Below are positions 28,690 through 38,467 of a stretch of 64,000 nucleotides of DNA, in pieces; positions within the stretch are counted from its first letter, which is position 1, and each line of letters begins with the position of its first letter. The position numbers and the translations under genes were made by a program. Origin of the DNA: an uncultured Oscillospiraceae bacterium (GTDB lineage: Bacteria > Bacillota > Clostridia > Oscillospirales > Oscillospiraceae). The DNA is taken from positions 3,826 through 67,825 of the forward strand of contig CALXCT010000041.1 in NCBI GenBank assembly GCA_944386865.1, given 5' to 3'. The notes under the pieces are model-generated. The model was not told the DNA's origin. It ran no database searches and saw only the letters and a list, made by a program, of their open reading frames with translations.

Positions 28690-28940
28690 AGCGCGACCTC
28701 CTTATAGCTGCCGTCCCCCTCGGTGATATAGATCCGGTTGTTGCCCATCCCCACCCGGCGCAGCACCACCAGCGCGTCCTTCAGGCGGCGGTGAGAGACC
28801 TTGACCGAGTGGCTGCAGCCTTCGCCCGCGATAGCCTTGGGCGAGCGCATGATATGGGCGGTGATGCCCGCCCTCTCTAAAACTGACGCGGTCCGCTGCG
28901 CATAGGTCAGGGACCGGCATACAATGAGATAATAGACCAT
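28686..28940 (-). CDS. DUF3343 family protein (putative S/Se carrier)
   Basis: The 84-aa product contains RSLTYAQRTASVLERAGI.A.IMRSPK..A.EGCSHSVKV. There is a GTGA overlap with the desulfurase start. Confidence 0.72.
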   Translation of the reverse strand: MVYYLIVCRSLTYAQRTASVLERAGITAHIMRSPKAIAGEGCSHSVKVSHRRLKDALVVLRRVGMGNNRIYITEGDGSYKEVAL

Positions 28941-29060
28941 GTCGAAACGCTCCTCTCGTCCCAGTGTATGCCCGGGCGGGAGGGGCCGTGCATGGCCGCG
29001 GCGGCCCGCGGAGTCAGGATCTTTGGTCCCCGCCCCGCGCGCCGCCGCGCTGGATGCTTC

Positions 29061-29549
29061 TCACTTTTCCAGGTCCGTGCGCTCCACCAGCAGCGCCACC
29101 GCGTGAGCGGCGATACCCGCGCCGGAGCCGGTAAAGCCAAGCCCCTCTTCCGTGGTGGCCTTCAGGTTCAGCTGCCCCTCATCCACCCCCAGACGCAGGG
29201 CCAAACGCCGCTTCATCTCCGGCAAATGGGCCGCCAGCTTGGGGCGCTGGGCCACGATGGTGGCATCCACGTTGCCCACCGCCCAGCCATGCTCCTCCAG
29301 CAGCCGCACCACCCTGTCCAGCAGCGCCAGGCTGTCGGCCCCCAGGTAGGCGGGATCGCTGTCGGGAAAATGCTGTCCGATGTCCCCCAGGCCGGCCGCG
29401 CCCAGAAGGGCGTCCATCACCGCGTGGGTCAGCACGTCTGCGTCCGAATGGCCCAGCAGACCCAGCTCATAGGGGACCTCCACCCCTCCAAGTATCAGCT
29501 TTCTGTCCGGCACCAGCCGGTGCACGTCATAGCCGTGTCCGATCCTCAT
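29061..29549 (-). CDS. ispF: 2-C-methyl-D-erythritol 2,4-cyclodiphosphate synthase
   Basis: The product reads [12 protein letters not shown]....LILGGV.....[18 protein letters not shown]. Confidence 0.93.
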   Translation of the reverse strand: MRIGHGYDVHRLVPDRKLILGGVEVPYELGLLGHSDADVLTHAVMDALLGAAGLGDIGQHFPDSDPAYLGADSLALLDRVVRLLEEHGWAVGNVDATIVAQRPKLAAHLPEMKRRLALRLGVDEGQLNLKATTEEGLGFTGSGAGIAAHAVALLVERTDLEK

Positions 29550-30280
29550 TCCTCTCCCTCCTCCCGGTCCAGCAGCGCCTCTCCCAGGATCAGGTCCACC
29601 GGGGTGGTGATCTTCATGTTCTCATAGTCGCCCCGGGTCAGGGTGACTGACATCCCCAGGTGCTCCACCGCCATGCAGTCGTCTGTGACCTGCGCACCCT
29701 CCTCCAGCACCTGGTGGAGCGCCCCACGGAGAAGCGACGGCTCGAACACCTGCGGCGTCTGCACCGCGAACAGCTCCGACCGGTCCAGCGTCTCCAGCAC
29801 GCGCCCCTGGGCCGCCCGCTTCACCGTGTCCTTCACGGGCACCGCGGGTGCCGCGGCCCCGCAGGTCTGGGCGGCAAGGATCACCTCCCGGAGCAGGCGC
29901 TGAGACACAAAGGGACGCGCGCCGTCGTGGACGGCCACAAGGTCAGCGTCCTCCCCCACCTCCTGCAGGCCCAGGGAGACGGATTCCTGGCGGGTCTTTC
30001 CGCCCACCACCACGCGTGTGACCTTGTCCGCCTCCAGCTCCCGGCACAGCTGGCCCACGGGGACGATCAACTCGCGCCGGGTCACCACGATGATCTCGCT
30101 GATCAGGGGGCAGCCGTTCAGCGCCAGCACGGTGCGTCCGATCACGGGGACCCCCAGCAGGGGCGCCATGATCTTGTCCGTCCCTTCCATCCGGGTGGAA
30201 CTGCCCGCTGCGACCACGACGGCGGCGCACCGGAGCTGCTCCCCCTTCTCCCGGCCCAGCAGCCGCTTCAACCATTCCAT
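29546..30280 (-). CDS. ispD: 2-C-methyl-D-erythritol 4-phosphate cytidylyltransferase
   Basis: The product reads [12 protein letters not shown]....K......G.PVI..T...........IIVV....; [11 protein letters not shown]; [10 protein letters not shown]. Confidence 0.9.
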   Translation of the reverse strand: MEWLKRLLGREKGEQLRCAAVVVAAGSSTRMEGTDKIMAPLLGVPVIGRTVLALNGCPLISEIIVVTRRELIVPVGQLCRELEADKVTRVVVGGKTRQESVSLGLQEVGEDADLVAVHDGARPFVSQRLLREVILAAQTCGAAAPAVPVKDTVKRAAQGRVLETLDRSELFAVQTPQVFEPSLLRGALHQVLEEGAQVTDDCMAVEHLGMSVTLTRGDYENMKITTPVDLILGEALLDREEGEE

Positions 30281-30299
30281 TTTTCATCCTCCCCGCTTG

Positions 30300-30328
30300 A
30301 AAAAGGAGCCTTGTTTCAGGCTCCTTTC
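30300..30328 (-). terminator. Terminator/attenuator between carD and ispD
   Basis: On the minus strand, AAAGGAGCC-UGAAACAA-GGCUCCUUU is followed by UUC. Confidence 0.6.
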
Positions 30329-30336
30329 CCTAAACA

Positions 30337-30825
30337 TTATTGATGCAGGGCGGTGTTTATGCGCGCCTCCACCGCCTCATAACTTGAATTCTGGGACAAG
30401 ACGATCTCCGAGATCAGGATCTGCTTGGCGGAGCGGAGCATCTTCCGCTCTCCGGTGGACAGGCCGCGCTCCGCGTCCCGCATCATCAGGCTCTTCACGA
30501 CCCGGGCCACCTCGATCAGGTCGCCGCTTTTGAGCCGGTCCATGTTCTCCCGGTAGCGGCGGTTCCAGTTCGGGTCGGACTGGACCTGGATCTTCGGGAT
30601 CTGGGCCAGCACCTCGTCGGCCTGCCGGCCGTCCACGATGGGCCGCACGCCGATCTCCGCACTGTTGTCAGTGGGGATCATCACCAGCATCGAGCCCAGG
30701 GGCAGCTTCATGATATAGTACTGCTTGGTCACGCCGTTGATCTTTTTCTCCACGATGCTGTCCACGATCCCAGCACCGTGCATCGGATGGACGATCTTGT
30801 CACCTACCCGAAACAATGTTCCCAC
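30337..30825 (-). CDS. carD: CarD/CdnL family RNA-polymerase-binding regulator
   Basis: The product reads FRVGDKIVHPMHGAGIVDSIVEKKINGVTKQYYIMKL. The maximal ORF starts at the GTG at 30825. The TTG at 30816 (giving MFRVGDK...) fits family N-termini better. Confidence 0.88.
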   Translation of the reverse strand: MGTLFRVGDKIVHPMHGAGIVDSIVEKKINGVTKQYYIMKLPLGSMLVMIPTDNSAEIGVRPIVDGRQADEVLAQIPKIQVQSDPNWNRRYRENMDRLKSGDLIEVARVVKSLMMRDAERGLSTGERKMLRSAKQILISEIVLSQNSSYEAVEARINTALHQ

Positions 30826-30856
30826 CGCCTTTCAAAATACACAAGATTCTACTGCC

Positions 30857-30885
30857 ATTATAGGTTTATATTGGCTAATTTGCAA
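30857..30885 (-). promoter_or_regulatory. Consensus-like sigma-A promoter for carD
   Basis: On the minus strand: TTGCAA (30885..80), 17 nt, TATAAT (30862..57), within an AT-rich island. Confidence 0.6.
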
Positions 30886-30906
30886 GTAAAATATTTGTGT
30901 ATCCAG

Positions 30907-30946
30907 CAAAGGAAGGCCGCCGTGTCTCCACGGCGGCCTTCCTTTG
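30907..30946. terminator. Strong hairpin terminator after ispH::S1
   Basis: An 18-bp perfect stem, CAAAGGAAGGCCGCCGTG paired with CACGGCGGCCTTCCTTTG, with a 4-nt loop. Confidence 0.72.
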
Positions 30947-30964
30947 GATGCGGATGTCGGGATA

Positions 30965-32917
30965 TTACTCCTCCACGGACTCCTCGGCGGGTTCCTCCTC
31001 AGCGGGGGCCTCCAGCAGAGCGCGGATAGACAGGGAGACCTTCTTGTTCTCCATGTCGATGTCGATGATCTTGGCGTCCACCATCTGGCCCTCGGACAGC
31101 ACGTCGCCGGGCTTCTCGATGCGGTGGTCGGCGATCTGGGAGATGTGGATCAGGCCGTCCACGCCGGGGACGATCTCGGCGAAGGCGCCGAAGGTCATCA
31201 GCTTGACCACCTTCACGTTGGCCACGTCGCCGATGCCGTAGGTGCTGGTGAACTTGGCCCAGGGATCCTCGCTGTGATCCTTCATGCCCAGGGAGATCTT
31301 CTTCTTCTCCTTGTCGGCGGCGATCACGTAGACCTCCACGGTGTCGCCCACGGACACCACCTCGGAGGGATGCTTGATGCGGCTCCAGGACAGCTCGGAG
31401 ATGTGGACCATGCCGTCCACGCCGCCGATGTCCACGAAGGCGCCGTAAGAGGTCAGGGATTTGACCACGCCGGTATAGCGCTTGCCGTCCTCGATCTCGG
31501 CCCAGACCTTCTCGGCGGCGGCGGCGCGCTCCTCGTACTGCACGGCGCGGATGGAGCCCACCACGCGGTGACGGGCGCGGTTGACCTCAGTGATGCGCAG
31601 GCGGACCTTCTTCTTCAGCAGCTCGGTCATGGGCACATCGCGGCCCAGGCCGGACTGGGAGGCGGGCACGAAGACGCGCACGCCCTTCACGGACACCACG
31701 ATGCCACCCTTGTTCTCCTCGGTGACGAAGCCCTCCACAGGCTCCTTGCTCTCCCGGGCGGCCTCGATCTCCTCCCAGCTCTTGACGGTGTCCAGGCGCT
31801 TCTTGGACAGGGTGACCACGCCCTCCTGATCGTTGACGCGCATGACGTAGGTCTCGATCTCGTCGCCCACCTTCACCAGGTCCTCCACCTTGGCGGAGGG
31901 GTCGTCGGACAGCTCGGACACAGGAATGTAGCCGGCGTGCTTGGTGCCCAGATCCACATAGATCTCAGTGGGCGTGATGCCTGTAACGACGCCAGTGACC
32001 TTATCCCCCGTATTTAAAGTTTTGATCGATTTCTCCAGCAGTTCAGCGAAGGATTCCTCGATCTCCATGATTTCATCGCTCATTTTGTCATAGACCTCCT
32101 TTATTATCCACGCCGGCGTGGATGCGCCGGCAGTGATACCGACAGAAGCGGCGGAAGAGAAACGTCCGGGCCTGAGATCGTCCGCTGTCTCGATCCTGAG
32201 CACCTCGGCCCCTTGGGCTTCGCACAGCTCGGCAAGCCGCCGGGTGTTGGAGCTTTTGGGGTCGCCGATGACCACCATGACCTCACACTGGGCGGCCAAT
32301 CGCTGCGCCTCCCGCTGCCTTTTTGCAGTCGCTCCACATATTGTATCAAATATTTCCGCGTTTGTACACTCTTTTTTTGCTTTTTCTATGCACGGCTCCC
32401 AAATTTCCCGGGTGGAGGTGGTCTGAGAGACCATGGTGATGGGCCTGGACCGGCGCTCCGGCTCCCCGTCCAGCCACTGCTGGAACTGCAGCGCATCCTC
32501 CAATATCACCGGGTGGGCGCACCAGCCCGCGATGGCGGTGATCTCAGGATGGGTCGGCGTGCCGATGATCACCGGCTGTCGGCCCCGCTGCTCCGCCTCC
32601 GCCACGATCTGGTGGATGCGCACCACATTGGGGCAAGTGGCGTCCAGCACCTTCGCCCCCCGCTCCTCCAGCCGGCGGAAGGTCTCCCGCCCCTCCCCGT
32701 GGGAGCGGATGATCACCGTCTGGCCCGGGCGGGCCTGCTCGGGCGCGCTGATGCACCCCACCCCCTGTGCGGCAAGGCGGGCGATCATCTGGTCATTGTG
32801 GATGATGGGGCCCAGCATCACGCAGTCCCCTCCGCTCCGGGCGGCGTTCTGGGCCAGCTCCACCGCACGCTGCACGCCGTAGCAGAAGCCCGCGCTTTGG
32901 GCAAGTGTCAGCTTCAT
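30965..32917 (-). CDS. ispH: Bifunctional 4-hydroxy-3-methylbut-2-enyl diphosphate reductase / ribosomal protein S1-like (four S1 domains)
   Basis: The N-terminal ~280 aa are LytB/IspH (AGFCYGVQRAV, DATCPNV, GASTP). The C-terminal part has repeated S1 OB-fold motifs (G.V.G.V..I...G.FV..G...G..H.SE). Confidence 0.9.
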   Translation of the reverse strand: MKLTLAQSAGFCYGVQRAVELAQNAARSGGDCVMLGPIIHNDQMIARLAAQGVGCISAPEQARPGQTVIIRSHGEGRETFRRLEERGAKVLDATCPNVVRIHQIVAEAEQRGRQPVIIGTPTHPEITAIAGWCAHPVILEDALQFQQWLDGEPERRSRPITMVSQTTSTREIWEPCIEKAKKECTNAEIFDTICGATAKRQREAQRLAAQCEVMVVIGDPKSSNTRRLAELCEAQGAEVLRIETADDLRPGRFSSAASVGITAGASTPAWIIKEVYDKMSDEIMEIEESFAELLEKSIKTLNTGDKVTGVVTGITPTEIYVDLGTKHAGYIPVSELSDDPSAKVEDLVKVGDEIETYVMRVNDQEGVVTLSKKRLDTVKSWEEIEAARESKEPVEGFVTEENKGGIVVSVKGVRVFVPASQSGLGRDVPMTELLKKKVRLRITEVNRARHRVVGSIRAVQYEERAAAAEKVWAEIEDGKRYTGVVKSLTSYGAFVDIGGVDGMVHISELSWSRIKHPSEVVSVGDTVEVYVIAADKEKKKISLGMKDHSEDPWAKFTSTYGIGDVANVKVVKLMTFGAFAEIVPGVDGLIHISQIADHRIEKPGDVLSEGQMVDAKIIDIDMENKKVSLSIRALLEAPAEEEPAEESVEE

Positions 32918-33507
32918 TGTCCGCTTTTCTCCTTCAGGGCCTGGATGCGGCGCATCATCTCCTCGGTGACCCGCTCATAGTCCTCCGCGGAGGGCCGGCG
33001 GCCCTCGATCTCGGGATAATAGGGCTCACCGATCACCACGTCGGTGCGGCGGAACCACCTGCGCCGGGCAGGCAGCCACACGGGAATGATGGGCACGCCG
33101 GCACGCAGGGCCAGCATGGCCGCCCCCGTCTTGGCGCTCACATCCTCCCCCTCCTTCACCCGGGTCCCCTCGGGAAACAGCAGCAGCTTATGCCCGTCCT
33201 TCAGGCAGCGCAGGGCGTGCTTGATGGCGGCCACGTCCGACTTGCCCCGGTCCACGCCGAAGATGCCCGCCTTTTTCAGCAGAAACCCGATCACCGGGAT
33301 CTTCATCAGCTCCGCCTTGGCCATGATGTTCAGCTGTTGGTGTCGTCCAAAGGCGAACACGATAAAGAAGGGGTCGTTGGCCCGCTGGTGGTTGCCGCAG
33401 ACCACCGCGCCCCCCTGAGGGATATTCTCCCTTCCGATGGCACGGCAGGGGTGGAACAGGTTGAAAAAGGGCCAGATCACGCGGTACAGCGCGGGATACC
33501 AACTCAT
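32914..33507 (-). CDS. plsC: 1-acyl-sn-glycerol-3-phosphate acyltransferase
   Basis: Contains NHQRANDPF (HX4D-type block) and FPEGTR. Confidence 0.85.
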   Translation of the reverse strand: MSWYPALYRVIWPFFNLFHPCRAIGRENIPQGGAVVCGNHQRANDPFFIVFAFGRHQQLNIMAKAELMKIPVIGFLLKKAGIFGVDRGKSDVAAIKHALRCLKDGHKLLLFPEGTRVKEGEDVSAKTGAAMLALRAGVPIIPVWLPARRRWFRRTDVVIGEPYYPEIEGRRPSAEDYERVTEEMMRRIQALKEKSGQ

Positions 33508-34181
33508 CTCCCGATCCCTCCTTTGATGATGGCCAGCAGCCGGTCCAGGCTCTCCTCGGGCGAAAGGCCGGTGGTGTCCAGCAGCGCTGCGTCCTCCGCC
33601 TGCTTCAGCGGGGCTGCCGCCCGGTGAATGTCCATCTCATCCCGGGCCTGCACCTCCGCCAGCACCCGGTCATAGTCCGCCTGCTGGCCGCGCTCCAGAA
33701 GCTCCCGGTATCGGCGCCTCGCCCGCTCCTCCGGGCTGGCCGTGAGGAACACCTTCACATCGGCCCCGGGCAGCACCACGGTCCCGATGTCCCGCCCGTC
33801 CATCACCACGTCGCTGGTGCGGGCAAACTGACGCTGCTGCTCCAGCAGGAAGGCGCGCACCTCCGGGATGGCGGAGACCCGGGAGGCGTAGCCCGAGATC
33901 TCGTTGAGCCGGATCTCCCGGGACACGTCCCGGTCCATCAGGTACATGTGCTGCACACCCTGTCCGTCAAATTCGATCCTCAGCCGGATCTTTTCCAGCA
34001 GCCCGGACACAGCCTCCCGGTCAGAAGGATCCACCCCTTCCTCCCGGGCGAACAGGCCCACCGTGCGGTAGATGGCCCCCGTGTCCAGATACCGGAAGCC
34101 AAGCTTCTCCGCCGCCGCCCGGGCCAGCGTGCTCTTGCCCGCTCCCGACGGTCCGTCAATGGCGATATTGATCCGCTTCAT
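33504..34181 (-). CDS. cmk: Cytidylate kinase
   Basis: The product reads IAIDGPSGAGKSTLAR..A..LGF.YLDTGAIYR. Confidence 0.93.
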   Translation of the reverse strand: MKRINIAIDGPSGAGKSTLARAAAEKLGFRYLDTGAIYRTVGLFAREEGVDPSDREAVSGLLEKIRLRIEFDGQGVQHMYLMDRDVSREIRLNEISGYASRVSAIPEVRAFLLEQQRQFARTSDVVMDGRDIGTVVLPGADVKVFLTASPEERARRRYRELLERGQQADYDRVLAEVQARDEMDIHRAAAPLKQAEDAALLDTTGLSPEESLDRLLAIIKGGIGR

Positions 34182-35443
34182 CCTTCTTCTCCTCCCGACA
34201 GCGCGCTGTGCGCCGCGCTGCGCCCGGCAGCATATCCCGTCGCCCAGGCGATCTGCAGGTTGAACCCGCCGGTATAGGCATCCACATCCAGCAGTTCTCC
34301 TGCAAAGTATAGTCCCTTTACAAGTTTTGATTCCATAGTCTTTGGGTCGATCTCCTTGACCTTCACGCCCCCGGATGTGACGATGGCCTCGGCGATGGGC
34401 CGCTTTCCTCTGATGGGGATCTCCAGCCCCTTGAGCGCCGTCAGAAGCCTCCTGCGCTGCTCCCGGCGCACCTCGTTTGCCTTGGTGGAACCCGGAATAC
34501 CGGACAGCTGTTCCATCACCGGGATCATCAGCCTGGGCACCAGGGCGGAGAGCACGTTGCTCATGTCCCGGTTGCTGTTCTCCTCCAGCTCACGCAGCAG
34601 CCGGGCGTCCAGCTTCTGCTCGTCCAGGGCGGGCTTGAGGTCGATCACCACGGTGTAGGACTCCTTCTCAAACTCCCTCAAATGGGCGCTGGCACTGAGG
34701 ACCAGGGGGCCGGACAGTCCAAAGTGGGTGAACAGCAGCTCACCCTGCTCCTGAAAAACTGCCTTCCTTTTGCTGTTGAGCACCTTCAGTGTGACGTTGC
34801 GCAGGGACAATCCCTGCATCCGCTGGCAGAGGTCCCCCTCCGTCTCCAGAGGGACCAGGGATGCCGCCGTGGGCGTCACGGTGTGGCCGGCCTGCTCCGC
34901 CATCCGGTAGCCGTCTCCGGTGGAGCCTGTCCCCGGGTAGGACAGCCCGCCCGTGGCCAGGATGACGCACCGGGCGCCGCAGCGCTCGCCCCGCTCGGTC
35001 TCCGCGCCCAGCACTCTGCCGTCACCCAGCAGCAGCCGGACAGCGCGGTCCTCCGTCAGGCACACTCTGTGCCTGCGCAGCTGCCGCAGCAGAGCGTCGA
35101 TGATGTCGGACGCCTTGTCGGAGCAGGGAAAGACCCGGCTGCCCCGCTCGGTCTTCAGCGGCACGCCGATGGACTCAAAAAACTCCATAGTCCTGGCGGG
35201 CGGGAACTGATCCATGACGCTGTACAGGAATTTTCCGTTCCCGGGGACATTGCGCAGCACCTGCTCCGGGGTGCAGTCGTTGGTCACATTGCACCGGCCC
35301 TTGCCCGTGATGTACAGCTTGCGGCCGATCTTGGCGTTGCGCTCCAGCAGCTGCACCCGCGCGCCCTGCTCCGTCGCCGCGATGGCGGCCATGCACCCCG
35401 CCGCGCCGCCGCCGATGACCAGCACGTCAGTCCCTGCGCTCAT
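34178..35443 (-). CDS. NAD(P)/FAD-dependent oxidoreductase, HI0933/YhiN-like flavoprotein
   Basis: The product reads DVLVIGGGAAGCMAA...KLYITGKGRCN.TN...YFAGELLDVDAYTGGFNLQIAW.TG. ATG at 35443 with GAGGGA upstream. Confidence 0.85.
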   Translation of the reverse strand: MSAGTDVLVIGGGAAGCMAAIAATEQGARVQLLERNAKIGRKLYITGKGRCNVTNDCTPEQVLRNVPGNGKFLYSVMDQFPPARTMEFFESIGVPLKTERGSRVFPCSDKASDIIDALLRQLRRHRVCLTEDRAVRLLLGDGRVLGAETERGERCGARCVILATGGLSYPGTGSTGDGYRMAEQAGHTVTPTAASLVPLETEGDLCQRMQGLSLRNVTLKVLNSKRKAVFQEQGELLFTHFGLSGPLVLSASAHLREFEKESYTVVIDLKPALDEQKLDARLLRELEENSNRDMSNVLSALVPRLMIPVMEQLSGIPGSTKANEVRREQRRRLLTALKGLEIPIRGKRPIAEAIVTSGGVKVKEIDPKTMESKLVKGLYFAGELLDVDAYTGGFNLQIAWATGYAAGRSAAHSALSGGEEG

Positions 35444-35511
35444 GTCTTCTTCCCTCATTTCCGCACAACAGAGCAGAACGAAAGCCCTTCGTCCTGCTCT
35501 GTCAGTCCAGG

Positions 35512-36381
35512 TCATTCCTGTGGTTCCGCTTTCTCGTATACGTCATACTCATCCCAGATCTTCTCCAGCGTGGAAAAGGTCCGGGCAAGATCCTCATTCT
35601 TCTTCCGCCCCACCGCCACGATCAGCGCGTTGATCAGGCTCAGCGGCGCCACCAGCGAGTCCACGAAGGAGGCGATGTCGCTCTTGGCCAGCAGGGTGTG
35701 CTGGGCGATGCCCGCCAGAGGCGAGGCCTCGCTGTCGGTCAGCGCGATGACCATGGCGCCCCGGTCCCGGGCGAATCTCATCGCCTTGACCGTGCGGCTG
35801 GAATAACGGGGAAAGCTGATGCCGATGACCACGTCCTCCCGGTTGACCCGGAGCATCTGCTCGAACATCTCGCTGACCGTGTTGGCGCTGATCTGCACCA
35901 CGTTCTCAAAGATCAAATTGAAGTAGAACGTCAGAAAACCGGACAGTGCCGCCGAGGAGCGTACGCCGATGATGTAGATCCGCTTGGCCGCCACGATGGC
36001 GTCCACCGTCTCATTGAAATTCTCCCGGTTGGTCTCCTCGATGGTCATACGGATCTTCTCAATGTCCGACTGGAGCACCTTGGACAATACGTCCTGGTCC
36101 CCGATGCGGTCGTTGGACACCTCGATGCGCTGGATGGTGGTCAGCTTGTTGCGGATCATCTCCTGAAGCGCCTTCTGCATGGCGGGATACCCGTCGTACC
36201 CCAGCTCCACCGCGAAACGCACCACCGTGGATTCGCTGACGTTGACCGTCTTGCCCAGCCGGCTGGCCGTCATGAAGGCCGCCTTGTCATAGGACTCCAG
36301 GATGTAGGACGCGATCCGCTTCTGCCCTTTGGAAAAGCTGTTCATGTTCTTCTTGATGAATAGCAGGATATCTCTGTTCAA
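35512..36381 (-). CDS. MurR/RpiR family transcriptional regulator (HTH plus SIS domain)
   Basis: The product contains SKGQKRIASYILE......M.ASRLGK...VSESTVVRFA..LGY.G, then a SIS domain. TTG start with GGGAGG 6 nt upstream. Confidence 0.85.
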   Translation of the reverse strand: MNRDILLFIKKNMNSFSKGQKRIASYILESYDKAAFMTASRLGKTVNVSESTVVRFAVELGYDGYPAMQKALQEMIRNKLTTIQRIEVSNDRIGDQDVLSKVLQSDIEKIRMTIEETNRENFNETVDAIVAAKRIYIIGVRSSAALSGFLTFYFNLIFENVVQISANTVSEMFEQMLRVNREDVVIGISFPRYSSRTVKAMRFARDRGAMVIALTDSEASPLAGIAQHTLLAKSDIASFVDSLVAPLSLINALIVAVGRKKNEDLARTFSTLEKIWDEYDVYEKAEPQE

Positions 36382-36507
36382 GGCCGGCCTCCCTCTGCCC
36401 GGGGCGATCCGCTGCGCTCAGGCATCATGCTGTGTTACTATCCATCATACCTGATTTTTTTTGAAATGCAAGTTTATTTGCAAGATTTTTTACCTTGGCT
36501 TGCATTT

Positions 36508-37233
36508 TTAATCCCCGCGCAGCAGGGCAAGCTCCTCCCCGGTCAGCGGCCGCCAAACGCCCGGTCTCAGAGCGCGGTCCAGGGTAAGTCCACCCTCCCG
36601 CACCCGCTTGAGCCGGACCACCTTCAGGCCAGCCTGGGCGCACATGCGCCGGACCTGCCGGTTTTTCCCCTCGTGGATGACGATGGAGAGCACCGTCTCC
36701 CCACCCGGCCGGTGGTCCAGCACCCGGACCTTCGGCGCGCGCAGCAGGACGCCGTCCAGCTCCATGGGCTGCAGCAGCCGCGCCAAACCCGCGTCCGCGT
36801 CCCCCAGCACCCAGGTGTGGTACTCCTTCTCCACCTCGTGGCTGGGGTGAGTCAGGCGGTTGGTCAGCTCCCCGTCGTTGGTGAGCAGCAGCAGGCCCTC
36901 CGAGTCCATATCCAGCCGCCCCACCGGCCAGACCCGCTCCCCGCAGCCGGACACCAGGTCGGCCACCGTACGCCTGCCCCGCTCGTCCGAGAGGGTGGTG
37001 ACATAGCCTCTGGGCTTGTTCAGCATCAGCACCAGCGTCCGCTCCGCCCTGCGTACCGGGATGCCGTCCACCTCGATCCGGTCGGTCTCCGGGTCCGCCT
37101 GCGCGCCAAGCCCCACCACGGCGCCGTTGACCCTCACCCGCCCCTGTTCTATGTACCGCTCCATCGCCCTGCGGGAGCCAAGCCCGCAGGACGACAGGAC
37201 CTTCTGTACCCTCTCCTTCATTCCCTGCTCCAC
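36508..37233 (-). CDS. rluB: Pseudouridine synthase, RsuA/RluB family (S4 domain)
   Basis: The product reads RVQKVLSSCGLGSRR..E..I..GRV.VNG; VGRLD.DSEGLLLLTNDGEL; EGKNRQVRRM. Confidence 0.88.
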   Translation of the reverse strand: MEQGMKERVQKVLSSCGLGSRRAMERYIEQGRVRVNGAVVGLGAQADPETDRIEVDGIPVRRAERTLVLMLNKPRGYVTTLSDERGRRTVADLVSGCGERVWPVGRLDMDSEGLLLLTNDGELTNRLTHPSHEVEKEYHTWVLGDADAGLARLLQPMELDGVLLRAPKVRVLDHRPGGETVLSIVIHEGKNRQVRRMCAQAGLKVVRLKRVREGGLTLDRALRPGVWRPLTGEELALLRGD

Positions 37234-37240
37234 GCCCCTT

Positions 37241-38413
37241 TCATCCGCTGGCCGGCAGGCCGAACAGGCCAGGGACCAGGATCTTTTTCAGCAGTTCCCG
37301 CACCGTCATCCCCTTGGCGATCTCCCGGGAGACGTCCCGGGTGCAGACCAGCTGCGTACTGCCGATCTCCGCTCCGTCAAGGAAATAGGTGATGCTCCCC
37401 ACGCTCTGCCCCTCCTGCAGGGGGGCCTCCAGGGACTGGGGGATGTCGTAGCTGGCCGTCACCTCTTCCCCCTCTCTGAGGGGGTAGGCAACCGTCTCCG
37501 CGGCTGCTACAGGGACGAACCGCGTCAGGCTGGCGGTGACCGGCAGGGTGATCACCTCCTCCCCCGCCTCGATGACTGTCTGCCGGGGGTAGGCGGAAAA
37601 GCCGTAATCCAGCAGAGCGGTGTGGTCCGCCCAGTCATTGCCGTCGTTCAGGGTGACCGCGATCAGCCGCTGGCCGTCCCGCTGGGCGCAGGTGATCAGC
37701 GTCCGACCGGCCAGTATGGTGTAGCCCGTCTTCATGCCGATGCAGCCTTCATACTGCCACAGCATCTTATTGTGGTTGGTCATGGTCCGCCCGCCGATGG
37801 TCACCGTCTTGGTGGAGGCGATGGCCACGATCTCCTCATGCTTGAGACACTCCGCCGTCAGCACCGCCATGTCCCGGGCGGTGGAGTAGTGCCCCTCCTG
37901 ACTCAGACCGTGGGGATTGACAAAGTGGGAATGGGCCATCCCCAGCTCCGCCGCCCGCTCGTTCATCAGCTGGGCAAAGGCCTCCTCGCTGCCCGCGCAG
38001 TGGCAGGCAAGCGCCGTAGCCGCGTCGTTGCCCGAGTTGAGCAGCAGGCCGTAGAGAAGCTCCCGGACAGTGAGTGTCTCCCCCTCCTTCAGGTACATGG
38101 AGGAGCCCTCCACCCCGATGCTGGCCGGATCGATCTCCACCGTCGCGTCCAGATCGGGCAGCCGCTCCACCACAAGCAGCGCGGTCATCAGCTTGGTGAT
38201 GCTGGCGATGGCCCGCTCGCTGTCCGAATTGTGCTCATAGAGCACCCGCCCGCTCTCCGCGTCCATCAGGATGGCAGAGGATGCTGAAGTGCCCACCGCT
38301 TGCGCGGTGGGCACACAGGCACACAGCAGCACGAAGCACAGTATTCCGGAACAGATCCGCCTCAACACGGCACCACTCCCATCCCAACGGGTCTGCGGCT
38401 GTCCTGCCGGCAC
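37241..38413 (-). CDS. dacB: D-alanyl-D-alanine carboxypeptidase (serine peptidase S11)
   Basis: Contains SITKLMTALLV (SxxK), LLNSGND (SxN) and MKTGYT (KTG). The maximal ORF starts at the GTG at 38413. The GTG at 38368 has GGGAG 7 nt upstream and gives a clean signal peptide (RRICSGILCFVLLCACVPTAQA). Confidence 0.85.
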   Translation of the reverse strand: MPAGQPQTRWDGSGAVLRRICSGILCFVLLCACVPTAQAVGTSASSAILMDAESGRVLYEHNSDSERAIASITKLMTALLVVERLPDLDATVEIDPASIGVEGSSMYLKEGETLTVRELLYGLLLNSGNDAATALACHCAGSEEAFAQLMNERAAELGMAHSHFVNPHGLSQEGHYSTARDMAVLTAECLKHEEIVAIASTKTVTIGGRTMTNHNKMLWQYEGCIGMKTGYTILAGRTLITCAQRDGQRLIAVTLNDGNDWADHTALLDYGFSAYPRQTVIEAGEEVITLPVTASLTRFVPVAAAETVAYPLREGEEVTASYDIPQSLEAPLQEGQSVGSITYFLDGAEIGSTQLVCTRDVSREIAKGMTVRELLKKILVPGLFGLPASG

Positions 38414-38467
38414 TCAGGCTGCCGGAGAACGCCTCACAGACCTTAGTATAGGTGGGAGCAGGGGGAT

